From Kondoa subrosea (Eukaryota), in assembly GCA_039545335.1 (NCBI GenBank), contig BCIN01000003.1, positions 434,001 to 498,000 on the forward strand: DNA of 64,000 nucleotides. The letters are read 5' to 3'. The position numbers and the translations under genes were made by a program. Positions 12,907 through 25,223 of the stretch are shown here, one piece after another. Below the pieces are notes generated by a model that made no database searches, was not told the DNA's origin, and worked only from the letters and a program-made list of their open reading frames with translations. Numbering within the stretch: position 1 is the first letter of the stretch; each line of letters opens with the position of its first letter.

Positions 12907-14561
12907 CTAATAAGGCAAGACAGCTTGATTTGCTCCTTTGCCTTGATTCTCATATTGAACAGTACGAGTTTTAGTGACCAAGATTTGACTGTCATTCCAA
13001 AACATTGATTAGCGAACTGTACTAAATACTAATTATCGGACTCACTCTCCGACAGCAGGCATATAAGATTCCAAATCATCCATTCGAATTTCCTTTTCAT
13101 TGCCAGAATCCGTTTCACCGCCATTAGGGAAAACATTGGCTTGTGCAGGGAAAGACAGGGCTGTAGTTCCACGACGAGCTGTATACTTGTTTGGATCGGT
13201 AGTACGACTGGAATGGGCGCCATCCGTGAAAGCATCGGTTGATCGAAGGGATACTGAGCGATCCATCCGTAAGACTGAGAGCGAAAGCTAAGCAATCCAA
13301 TTACAAAACTCACGAATCAAACGACAAGCCATAACATTTGAGATGATAGTAGCTCCTCCAGCAAAGATACTTGAGATGGGTGTATAAGATTGAAGGTAAA
13401 GGACTGCGACAAAAGATCAACTACGATCGGTACCAAAAAATGATAATGGACTCACTTCCGTTGGCCAAGTTGCAAACGAAGACAACGCTGAAGAACAAAG
13501 CACCTTCACGGGCAAAGACACGCAAGACAGCCGAATCGGTCTTCTTGGTGAGTTCAAAGACTTTCCAGAAACTGACAGCGGTAATGCAAAAGTCCACAGC
13601 GAAAGGTACCTATGAGATTGGATTGTGTGAGTCAAGCAGAAGGTAAAGTGTAAGGGCAGACGAACCAAGAAATAAGCACTGATCAACTTCCCATCTCCAG
13701 TCACCACGCAAGAGAATTTCTCATAGCCACTGCATGGCAAAATATAGATTGTTAGCGAGCCATGAGCTTAGGTTGTCAAGAACTTACGGAATAGCAATAG
13801 CAGTCAATTGAAAGCAGACGTAGAATTGATAGGCAATATTGACGAGAATGAGAGAACCCAGGAAACCGGCGATAATCTTGCTACGGCCCCAGACTAAATG
13901 ATGCATTCAGCCTCAGCTTGTATACCCATGTAGCGGGCCGACTCACGAGCAAAGGCACGAACTGACGAAAGGATATCAGTCAAGAAACGGTCACAAAACC
14001 AAATGACCAACCAGCTAGAATGGTTTGATAGCAAGCAAAGACAGGAATGAATACTCCAGGTTCCCAGCGGACGTCTATGCATAGCAAGATCAGCCTTCCG
14101 TCATTGTGTCGGTTGAGTGTATTCACATTTCAAGCAAGTTTCCGTAGGGACTTGAATGTTGTACATCAGCAGAGTAGCCAAGAAGGATAAGAAGCCATCT
14201 GCATGCAATTTTCAGTCAATCGATCCTATCGAATCGCTTGAGATGTAAGACTGACAGTATCGATTGAATAGATATAGGCCTTTCACTAGACTCCAAGGAG
14301 CCTTCCAAATCTTCTTGATCTCTTCTGACCAAGTAATGACAATATCATAGCACAGGAGTGTGAAGAAGCAAGAGAAAGCGACTAGGTTAAATAGGAGTTC
14401 AGCTTTGCATTGTCGAGTACAGCTTGAATGAGCTCACCAAGAGTGAAGTCTCCCTGATAGATAAGGTCAGATGGGTGGATAGACGCGTAAAGGAGCAGAC
14501 TTACCCAGTACAGATTAGCTTCAAGAGCCTTTTGAGCAGCGGCAGCGGCAGCAGGATCCAT
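12907..14561 (-). CDS. Multi-pass membrane protein, DUF6533-type (basidiomycete GPCR-like family)
   Basis: Exon at ~14255-14385 reads FFTLLCYDIVITWSEEIKKIWKAPWSLVKGLYLFNRY, the signature of this family; later DGALFFSVVFV; many short exons; not captured well by the ORF track. Confidence 0.75.
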
Positions 14562-15882
14562 TTCGTATGTGAATGAGAATAAGTTCAGATAGAAACGGTG
14601 ATGAATCTCGAGAGAGAAGTGGAAGAAGAAGAAGACAAGGAGAGAAGACTACGATTTTGAAGTCATGTAAACTTTCCCAAGCGAATGGGCATTTTAGCCA
14701 CAGCGCCCCTGACACAGTAGAAACCACTAGCGATCGGCTCATAGCACCAACAATCAAGCAAGATATGCCCTCGTCCTCATTTATCAGGAAGATTGCTTTA
14801 ATAAACAGCGAAATTGCGATGTTGATATCGTCATGAAACACCTTCGAGAGAACTTCCAAGTCTTCAACCGTCATTTCCCTTAAGGCTCATCATTGTCATC
14901 CCTCCATTTCGCGCCTCTTGTCGTTACATTGCCTCGTTCCGTTGATTCGCAAATTTGCATCTTCTTCACTTTGTCTTGCTTTGCCTCGCTTCTTGCCTTG
15001 TCTGCATCTTCCGCAATGAACGCCATGCAAAGAGCTCTAGTCAACGCCAACAGGCAGCAGCCTATCAATGGCTGCGGCGAAAAGAATCGCTTGTTAACGG
15101 ACGAGAAGTCGCCTTCTACTATTCCAAGTCGACTCTTTGATGGTCGTCTTTCTGATGACCCTCATGATACCAGACCTCCTGCTGCGTTGTTCTATGTCAC
15201 TACGTTCGTCTTTACTTGTTCCCTCAAAGGGAATGTCTCGCTCAATGTTTTGATACCGACAGGCAAGGGAAACCTATCTATTACAATGAAGAACAAGCTA
15301 GATTGAATAGATATGAGGATCAAATAGACTTGCAGCATGGAGGTAATGGATGTTGCGTTATTTGCTGAAAGGGCTGAATCTCAAGTCTTCACTTGATTAT
15401 TGGAAGCTGCTATGCAAATGAAGTCTATCTCGTTCCTCTCTCCTACTCTCAGCAGTTGAACTGTTCGTGCAGGGCCCAGCTGATGTATTGAGTCTTGGCA
15501 TATGCCGCATCTCCGACAGACTGTCATGGCGACGCGATTCTCGCTTCTATGCTGCTTTTGGACGCGTTTGCCTTGTTATATACGTAGCCCACCTAGTGAT
15601 GACCTCCTGAGAGCTGTGAAACCGGCAAAACTTGACTACTTGAGACTTGTTTTGAAATTCGTTTCCGTTCAGTTGCGAGCGCCAAAGTTTCGCTCTTCAC
15701 ACAACGAGCATCTCATCTCGGTATATTACACCTCTCACGCTCTTTTGGCATCTACACCCACACTCTTTTGTTACGACATTCTCACGGATTCGCACGAGCG
15801 CACGCGCACATAGCGAAATTTCTTACCAAGCAATTGCCTAACTAGACTTCTATCGACTATATCTTTACTGCAGATAGCGACA

Positions 15883-18019
15883 ATGCTATCGAAATCTGTG
15901 TTACTGGCTTTCGGCATATCCATTCTTTCAGTTTCCGCTCATTCTTCGCATGGTCATGAAAGTACAAAACATTTACCTCGCCGACGCAACACTCAAGAGC
16001 AAGAGCTTAGACGTATGTTCAAGAGACAAGCGCCTTCAGCTTATCCACCTATGGATGTTGCTGGTCCAACACCTTTGCCTGCTTGGGTAGCAGCCTACCA
16101 GAAAGCGAAAGGTATGTCAGAACATAGCAACCTGTCTTGTTTGCTAATGTCTAGGCGTCTCCCTGCAGCTCAAGGCCTGATACCCAACACACCCAATTCA
16201 GTCAACAATGGTGGTTGGCCTGTTTATCCTGCTGGCGTAGATACAATGTCACCAGAATTATGTTCTTGGACTCTAGGGAAATGTAACGGGACAGAAGCTT
16301 TAGGATTGGCGGACATCAATGACGCTCCAGATGGTGTGATTGGCATCAATTTCGATGATGGTCCTCAACCTGCTTCCGATGAATTATATCAATTCTTACA
16401 GAAAAACAACATCCCTTCAACTCATTTCGTTATCGGTTCAAGAATCATTGGTAATCCGGATATCTTCACTCGTTTGCTTGATCTGGGTGGTCAAATCTCG
16501 GTACATGTTAGTTTCCTTTACCTTGTCTTTAAATCAGTGAGAGAAAAGTCATGCTGAAATCTTGCGAACAACAGACCTGGTCACATCCGCTTATGAGCTC
16601 AATGACGGACATGCAAGTTCTGGGAGAGCTAGGCTGGACTATGCAAGCAATCTTCGACAACTCAGACGGTCTGATACCTGCCTTTTGGCGGTAAGTCTAT
16701 CTGCTTGGGCAGCGAGCAGATGCTTACTCATGTTCCTTTTCAATTTAGACCACCATATGGAGATGTCGACGATCGAGTTCGCGCAATTGGGAAATACGTT
16801 TTTGGCATGCAATGCGTGATCTGGAATCGTGAGTGCACAGCTCTGGTGTGGGCTCTTCACAGACCTTGATGCTTTCTCACCTTAGATGATACCGATGATT
16901 GGTGCTTGTCCGATGATGGAACTAATTCTTGCGGTCCGAATCGGGGTCCACAAAATGATCGTGGACTGATTGGTGAATTGAGTACCTGGGTTAATGGACC
17001 TCAGTCACCTGGTCTTATTATTCTCGGTCAGCCCGCGCGTTCATATTGCGTACAATGTGCTGATATGTCAAGTCAGAACACGAACACAGAACTCGGGCTG
17101 TAGCTGCTTTCATTCGCGTTTGGCCTCAAATAGTAGCTGCTGGTTGGAAAGCGATGACTATCCCTGACGCTCTCAATCTGCCTTGGTATCTTAATGCGGA
17201 CACCAACGATGGTACAATTGATAGAAGCATGGTTATCGCTTCTGGAAACTTTACCGAAGATGCGGCTTCAGTCTCTGGGATCAGCTCTTCCTCTTCTTCT
17301 TCAATGCCTGCCTCCACTACTTCTTCTAGCAGCACTACTTCTTTGGCTTCATCGTCCTCTTCTTCTTCCGCTTCACCTGCAACGATGGCATCCGCTCAAA
17401 GTACAGCTACCGGTTGGATCAGCCTTGCACCAGGTGCACGATATGGTATTATTGGAGGTGCTGCAGGTGTAGGAGCTATCCTTCTGTGAGTCGATGATCA
17501 CCGTTTAGTGAGATTGTATGCTCATCACTTGTTTGCAGAGGTCTACTCGTCTACTGCTTAGTCGCGAAGAGGAAACCCAAAAGCCATGGAGCTGTTGCTT
17601 TGCCAATTCGCAAAGGCAGTCAATCATCGTACGAATCGGAATCAAAACACCCTTACAACCAAATGCCTGAAACTGGTTCGGCCTGGTCGTTGGCGGAAAA
17701 GAGTTCACCTAACCTTGGATACTATACTACACCACCTCTTTCGCCTGCTTCCTTCGGACCTAGTTTGCCTCCCGGTGCAGCAGCATATCAAGAAAGACCT
17801 CTGCTCATGAACAACCGTCGAGCTTCAGGTTACAGTCAATATTCGAATGAAGGGATCGAGGAAGATCAAGATTCTTTTGCCAGATCAGTTTCCTCTCCTT
17901 CGCCTGCTATGCTGTCACCGAATCCACAAAGGTCGACTTTTCATTTACCGAATCGAGCACCAAATTCGCCTTATCAAGATCGCCCAGATAGGAGGAGTCC
18001 GACTCCCGATTGGATTTGA
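15883..18019 (+). CDS. Chitin deacetylase (CE4/NodB) with Ser-rich stalk, TM helix and cytosolic tail
   Basis: Signal peptide, KR site; motifs NFDDGP, HTWSHP, WRPPYGD, DTDDW, LEHE across exons; Ser/Thr tract; hydrophobic [23 protein letters not shown] followed by KRKPK and a Pro/Ser-rich tail. Confidence 0.92.
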
Positions 18020-18195
18020 AAGGGGATCAACTGGAATTGAACATTCGATAACTTGCATTTTCTGTACATCCAGTAACATATTGCCTTTTGAAGTGATTAT
18101 AGTAGTACTTTAGATTTATAGTATAGAAACAACAAGCTTTATTACAAAGTGTCCCGCTCGTTAGCACTACTACTATATTACAACCCTTGAGTCCT

Positions 18196-19161
18196 TTAGA
18201 AGGAATGTTCCAAATCATCTCCCACATTCCTCTGATTATCGTACGCCTGGTTTGATCTGTTCCTCTCTTGTTCCATAGTAGCAAATCTGTCCCCTTTCGG
18301 TTTCGCTTTCGTTCCCGTCATCATTGCCCTCAAAGGAGCAGCAGGTTTCCTATTCCTGCTGTCATACGTTCCAGGTGCATCTCCATGTCTTGCATCGTTA
18401 TCCCCATAAAAGCTGACGTTATCGCTATCGTTTGAATCGTAGCGTTCCAATTGTCTTGCACTGGCAGGTAAATCTCCATCTTCTCTTAATCTACCATTTG
18501 AGTGATCCGCTCTAGCATCATCAATGACTGCAGGTAAAGTTTTGAAAATGTTTGTTGGATCGGCTATTCTGTTTGCAGGTTCATCATTCTCAATCCTATT
18601 ACCCCATTCATCTTCCGCAGGTCTTGAATCATCATCGTATGGATTGGTAGAATGATTTTGATCATAACGATTAGCCCATTCTCTTTTTGATTTCAATTTC
18701 TTGGAATCATCCGCTACTAATCCATACTTGATAGCCCATTTAGGTGTTCGGTTTCTACCTTTGTTGTTTCGAATGTTTTGCAAGTAGAAATTATGTCCAT
18801 GTCCTGGGAAATAACCACACAAGGTGAAGAGGATGTTGAGGAAGAAGTCTTTGCCAATACCGACTGTATTGTAGCATCGTAATTTCAGCATAAGTTAAAG
18901 CTTCCGGGAGTCGCTTGAAAACGAACAGCGCATAAAGACTGCTATTGGCGGCAGCAGAAAACCAGCAATGATAATACCAACAAGATAACCCTATTCAATG
19001 AGGATCAGTCTATCTGTGTGTGATCAGATGGAAGCTTCCAAGGCTGACATGATGAGATTTGACGATTTCTAGCCAGTCAAAGGATGAGTGGGATCTCTGT
19101 TTGTATAAGGATAGTACATACTACGCTTCTGCTTTCGTCTGCCCTGGACCGGTGCAGGCAT
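18196..19161 (-). CDS. Pmp3/YqaE-family proteolipid with long hydrophilic C-terminal extension
   Basis: Spliced KSHH|GYLVGIIIAGFLLPPIAVFMR|..GIGKDFFLNILFTLCGYFPGHGHNFYLQNIRNNK..RTPKWAIKYGLV. Confidence 0.8.
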
Positions 19162-19366
19162 AATTCAAGCGAGCGAGAGAGAGGGAGCGATAGGGTGAGA
19201 TAGAAGGCGGTACGACTCGGCCAATTCGCAAGGAGATATCGAGCGACCTCTTGCCAAGCGTGGTGTTGGTGTCTAGTAGGGCAAGTGAATAGGCAACCTG
19301 CGACTCCAAGGACCTGAATGCGACACGGTCGAAGTGGGTGAACCTGTCTTCCTTTCAAGTCGGCGA

Positions 19367-21235
19367 ATGGAAGCCGCTCTCCTGCTGTTCGGTGTACTTC
19401 GAGCGGGTCTCCAAGCAGCACTTAGCACAAATCATCAAGCCTGGATTGGCAATCGCATAGAAATCTCGACACCCACAACCAGTTTCAAGAGATGTTAGCT
19501 TTTCCTAATCTCTTCCTCCTCTTCTTGCTGTTCTGAGTCTCTCTGTCGTACCCTTAAATGTCTAGTGAAAGAAGGAATCCATCTCTTCCAGCATGCTCAA
19601 GATCCTTATGCTGGTGCAGTTTATCGAAGCTCGCCTCTGTTGATCATTCTCTTCGACTTGCTGGACGTCAACAATGATCTTCTAGTCAACGCGCTGTATC
19701 TCTTAATGGATTTAGGCTGCGCTTGGCTGATCGCGAGGATAGCAAGATCAGTTCGACTAAAGACGAAGCGGAACACTGAAAGTGATCCTGTGCCCTGGAT
19801 ACTTGCTCTTCTGTAAGTGAATCTGTTCTTTCAAGTTTTCGTTAACTTACCTGTTACATCCCGCAGATTCCTCTTTCACCCTTTCAATGTTTTAGCATCA
19901 ATAGCCAAATCAACCCTAATCTTCTCGCATTTCTTTACCCTAGCTTCATTATATTATACCATGCAAAGTCTGTCGCTTCGCTTCTCGCTTGGTGTTCCTG
20001 CTTCCTGAACATATGGAAACAGGTCAATCAATACCAGCCATGTTCGCGCTATCATTCGCAACCCAATTCAGCTTATATCCAATCCTTCTGCTACCTCCTT
20101 TGTTAATGCTGCTATGCCAGAGCAGAACAAAATCCAGCATCAACGTAAGCGATTCATTTGCTGAAGACTAGAATGACTCGCTGAGGCTAGTCTAGACTAT
20201 CGTGGTAACATCAATATCGGCTTTCGTCGCTCACTCTATTCTCTGTACGGTTTTGTGCCGGTTATTCTTGGGTTCCTACTCATTCTTGCAATTCTACAAG
20301 ACCATGTTCGTGTCCCCTTCCATGGCTTTGAGGAATGTGGCTGAAGATTAGCCAGTCTGACAGTATCTGACCTCACTCCAAATGTCGGGCTGCAATGGTA
20401 CTTTTTCATCGAAATGTTTGATCACTTTCGACCTTTCTTTCTCGCTGTTTTCCAACTGCATTTGTTGGCTTACTGTGCACCATTATGCATCAAATTTAAG
20501 TGAGTTCCCTTGCCTTCTCACTTTTCCCGTGATCGATCTTCTCTCTTTTTCCGCTTTTCTTTCCCACCAATTTCATCCCACCGCTCACTGACTACTCTCA
20601 GTGAGACTCAATGAGTATCAGTGAGCTTTTGAAATTGGGAAGGCAGCATTCCGTTCACGGCTTCCCGCCTTTCTACTTTCACCCTCGTTATAGGTCCGAT
20701 ATAGGTCAAATAGACTTGCGAAAATCAGAATGGAGACTTATTTTTACTTTTTGTCTTGCCTTTGAACAGGAATGATCCGTTACTGGCTTTCACGCTCATG
20801 AGTGGTTTGGTTGCTATGTTGAAACCTTACCCTGGAGTAAACGATATCGCTTTCTTTCATTTATTGGTTGGTTTACATCCACATCTTTATCCTTGTAAGC
20901 AAGAACTTCCTCTTCCTCTTCTCAGCAGAGATACATGATTAATATTTCTGATGCTAATATCCACAGACATGCGATATCCCTTACTCTCCTTCGCTTTGTT
21001 GCTTTACTCCAGCGCCCTTTTACCGACTTTCCATCATCTTTGGTTATACGCTGGCTCGGGTAACGCAAATTTTTACTACGCTTCAACTATGGTGTATGGA
21101 TTAGGTAACGGGGTATTGATTACTGATCTACTTTGGGCTGCTTTGAAAAGAGATTATCTGATTTCTATCGGTCGAGGCAAAAGTAGTAGGGAAGTATCAG
21201 AGGGAGAGGACCAAGTGACTGTAGTGCAGAGATGA
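19367..21235 (+). CDS. GAB1: GPI transamidase subunit PIG-U/Gab1
   Basis: [80 protein letters not shown]. Confidence 0.95.
20567..20638 (+). ncRNA. Long hairpin inside an oversized PIG-U intron (candidate intronic ncRNA)
   Basis: Stems CCAATTTCA/TGAAATTGG, GCTCACTGA/TCAGTGAGC and TACTC/GAGTA within the 270-nt intron 20500-20769. Confidence 0.4.
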
Positions 21236-21389
21236 TACAATTGAATAATTACTCGATGCTATGCGTACAAGAACGAGATCCGTGTGATCGATATGAACAT
21301 TCATGCCCAAGATGATTTGGCATATACGCGAATACGAAATGAGGAGGGACTGGTTTACAAGGTCGATACCCAGTGAAGCGTCAAGCGGC

Positions 21390-24300
21390 TCAGCCATTGC
21401 GTTTCTTGAGATGCTCTGATACTGTTCATGCGATCGATCAATTCATGCTCTACTGGTGTCTGAGAACAACTTACCGATGTCCTTAACCATGAAAAGGTCA
21501 AATTGATCTTCATCATTAGGAAACTTCTTCGCAATCAACATATCAAACATTCGCTCCCTGATATACGTAAGTATGTAAGACATATAAGATATCCAGTCAA
21601 GTCTACATTGCTCACCACCTTCCATGATTCATTCTGATATCGCTCATAAGACTCGAGAGCATCTATACAGACAGGAAAACGTACCCGAGTATCCTCTCTG
21701 GCGTCACCGAAGACTGAACCATAGCTAATGCTACCTTTTCGGGAGCATCAGGCCAGATAGATTTCAAGAACTGCCACATCCCCTGTTGCTTCTCTTCTAG
21801 AGTCAATGCAGGTTCTGAATTAGTTTGGTAAGGTGGAGGTAGAGATGTAGAACTGCTCGCGATGCTGGAAACAGGCGAAGGTAAATTGACTTGAGGAGAT
21901 TGATTGGTAGGGATCGGAGATTGTGCACTGAAGACAGGCGACTGGAATCGATCGATGGTCGTACTGGAGCTTGGGAGAGTTGTACGTAATCGCGAAGGCT
22001 GAGGTTCGACTTGCACTTCTGAGCGATCAGTCGATGTCCGATTTCTCTTGCGAGATTCAGCAGTAGCAACGGCAACGATAGGTACCGGTAGTGGAGGTGG
22101 ATTTGGGTTGTTTCGCTCGTATTCTTCATTTTCTTGTACAGCTCGCGCTATAGCATCTGTAATTGGATCGCCTGTCATAGGAATCCGAATTGCAGCAGAT
22201 CTCGATATCGGTGGCTTGGGAGCAGCTCTAGGAGCAGGTGTCGTAGAAGTAGACTGAGCGGGAGAAGAAGCCGCTTGCGTCTTAGCTTTCACAGCTTTCG
22301 TTCCGCTCTTCTTGATTGGCAAACCAGCTGAAGATGTGGTAGGCGCCTTTGTTGCTTTAGTAGATGCTGACTTCTTTGCGAGAGGAGGCTGAGGCGGTCT
22401 GATAGTGGTTGAAGGGAGAGGAGGAGGCGCAGTCTCCGGAGGAGAATGACTTGTAGATGCTGAATCGTCATATTGACGAGTGTGATGCTTGATCATGCGA
22501 TGAGCACCTTTGGTAAGAGTGGGTCGATTGGTGTCTGAAGCTCCTTCGTCTGCAGACGTGCTTGCTGATGCAAACAGCGGTAAAGATGATTTAGGTCTTA
22601 GATCAAGTTCTTCCTTGACTGTCGGAGGACTAGCTTGAGAGTCAGAGGAAGAAGAAGTTTGAGGGACTGCCGGCGCTTTAGGCACAAATGGCAAAACCAG
22701 TAAAGTTGATGTTGACATTTCAGGCTCACGAGGTTTGGCGGCTTGCTTGCGTGGATTCCTGGTATCAGCCCAAGGAATATTATGCTTCACAATTCCATCT
22801 TCGACATATGCCGCTGGTAGTTCTGCTGATTTCTTGCCAGCGACTTTCTTGCCCGCTTTAACAGCACTCTTTGGTGAAGGTTTTGTACTTCCAGCGGACT
22901 TCCTCGCAGATATACCAGACTTGACAGGTTTGTCAATACTTTTCTTTGCCATATTCTTGCTGCTTGATGCTGTAAGTTGGGGTTCATCTTCCGACATATC
23001 GGATAAGTCTGACAAGTCTGAATCCGAATCGCTATCCGAAATGACCATTTTAGCTTTGCCTTTGATCGTACTGGAAAGCGCGGTTGACTTTGCTGCATTA
23101 GGTAATGGATTCTTGAGCTTTGGTACCAAGGTAAGTTTGGGCCGGTCCGTATCAGCAGAAGATGGTACAGCAGGAGAAGGAGGTGTAGGAGCGAAAGCTG
23201 GCTTGGGCACAGGGTTGTTTGCATTTGTATAGCTTGGCCGCGCTCGGTCGGAAAGAGGTGCATCACCAATGGAGGAGAAGCCGACATCATGGATAAAAGT
23301 AGCCTTGGTGACTCGCCTGCATGTACAATAGCATTGAAATGGATTGCACTTCCTTTTTATGCGCTGACTTACCACTGTCCGCGGGCGTTTCTTTCACATT
23401 TGATGCGGAAGTTGGATCCAGTGCAAGCTCTATGCATATCAATATGCCTGCAAGTCTTCTCACTAACATTCGGTTGATTATTGACGCTCTTGAGAATCCA
23501 GCTCGATCCAGGTGGGATGCCAGCCAAGCATGCTTCTTCGAAGGCTTCTTTGTCGGCAAATTCGGCATTCCGTTGAGGTAGATTGATTGCAGTCGGGTCC
23601 TGCGAGCATTCGAATAAGTACAATGTCCAAGACACTTCGCAGGAACTACTCGCTGCGGTCATCTGCAGCTTGATGCGTTCCTGCTGAGTCAGCAAGGCAG
23701 GATTTTTGTTGGCTAAAGAAGCAGAAGCATTGACATTCGTATGAGCTGGCTTGACTGGGATAGACTGCGGTAGACGAGAAGTCGAGGCTTGAGGGACTTC
23801 TGCTGCTGTGTTGGCAGTGGGAATTGAGTGAGCTGGTAGATTAGGAGAAGGTGCGACAATTGGCGCAGGAAGAGGATTAGACGGCCATGTATTAGCTTCA
23901 TTTGTGATAGGTGGTCGTACTATCGGAAGCGGTTTATTTACTTCTTTGTCAAACGGAACGTAGTTTGGTGCGCCTGTTGAAACTGGTTTTTCGGGTGGAT
24001 CAGAAGGAGGCCCGAGTCCTAGTATACGCGGATTGGTGAATTGACCCTTGAGTGAAGATTGAGAAGGCAAAGGTTGCGCGGAACGATAAGATAAAGGTTG
24101 ATCTCTTCGATCCACATCTCTTTCTCGAGGACGATCGGATCTCCTGTCTCTTGATTTTGACCTGGAGTAGCCTCTGGATCTGGATCTCGAGCGATCTCTC
24201 CTTCTGCCTCTGTCCCGATCGTCTCGCTTTCTGTCTCTCCGATCTTCTTCATCTCTTCGGCTCGACGAGTAGCTGTCTTCACGTCTGTATGGAGCGCGCG

Positions 24301-24951
24301 GCGAGAATGATCTTCTTCTAGCACGAGGAGAGAACGATCTCCTTCTGTCTCGCCTTGGTTTGCGATCATCGTAAGACGGCGAGCGACGAGTGCCCGTTGG
24401 CCGATCTGAGGGTTTCGAAGGGCCATCATAACGATGGTATAGAGGAGGTACAATTTTAGGCTCTTGCTTGGGCAACCAATCTATAGGTCTTCGAATCCGT
24501 TTGGCATTCGGAGGAGCGTGAGGAGAGAATTCATCAGAAGAAGAGGAAGAATCATCATCGTCGTGTTTCATTGCTGCTCGAGGATAGACCTGATGCATGG
24601 AGTGTTGCTTGACTTCCTCAGCAGTGATCCACTTTCCGTCGATTTGCTTGCCAACAATGCGAGCTTTGCAAGGGTACCGATTGTCATCATGCATAGTACA
24701 GACCATGACGAGTGTAGGCGCATGCCATTCACCGTCTGATGATTCATAACCCAGAGTAGCTGAAGCTTTGTGATCTTCCACCTACATAAAACAGAGACAC
24801 GGGTATCGGAATGAAGGGAGACCAAAGAGAAAACCTGATAGACACCTACAAAGCTCCAGAAGTAGCCTTCATCCACCACAGCTTGCTCCAACTCGCTTTG
24901 CCATGAGTCTCTGTTCTTGAATGACTTCTTCCGAAATTCCTCCAGTTTCAT
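21390..24951 (-). CDS. Large low-complexity protein with two FAR1/MULE/WRKY-like Zn-finger-type domains, RS/RD-rich tract and C-terminal helical (SAM-like) domain
   Basis: Exons join in frame; CTMHDDNRYPCKARIVGKQIDGKWITAEEVKQHSMH; CRHIDMHRACTGSNFRIKCERNARGQW|RVTKATFIH; C-terminal MWQFLKSIWPDAPEKVALAMVQSSVTPERILG|MNHGRW|ERMFDML. Confidence 0.7.
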
Positions 24952-25223
24952 GGTAAATGCATGCTTCAAGGATAGATACCAGACAAAGAGCTAAGCAGGT
25001 AAGGTGTACTCGGGCAGATAGCTGCTGTGCCTAGCTCTTGATATCAGGACAGTCGTCGTTGCAAATTGTTGACTTTCTATGATGCGCGGATTCTTAGGCG
25101 CGTCGAAATATAGGTAAGGACTCGTAAGAACGACATGGAAGCGTCTGAAATATGCTACACAGGACGACTTGCTTTGTATATGTTCCACAGCATAGACATC
25201 ATGTCAACCAGCTCTCATCCAGC

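Noticed and set aside
14573..15813. ORF-track ORFs between the DUF6533 gene and the CDA
   Set aside because: Mostly non-ATG starts with no motifs; consistent with a divergent promoter/UTR region
20700..20745. RNase MRP/P RNA suggested by AATGGAGACTTA
   Set aside because: The complementary GAAAGUC-type P4 strand is not present upstream in the intron
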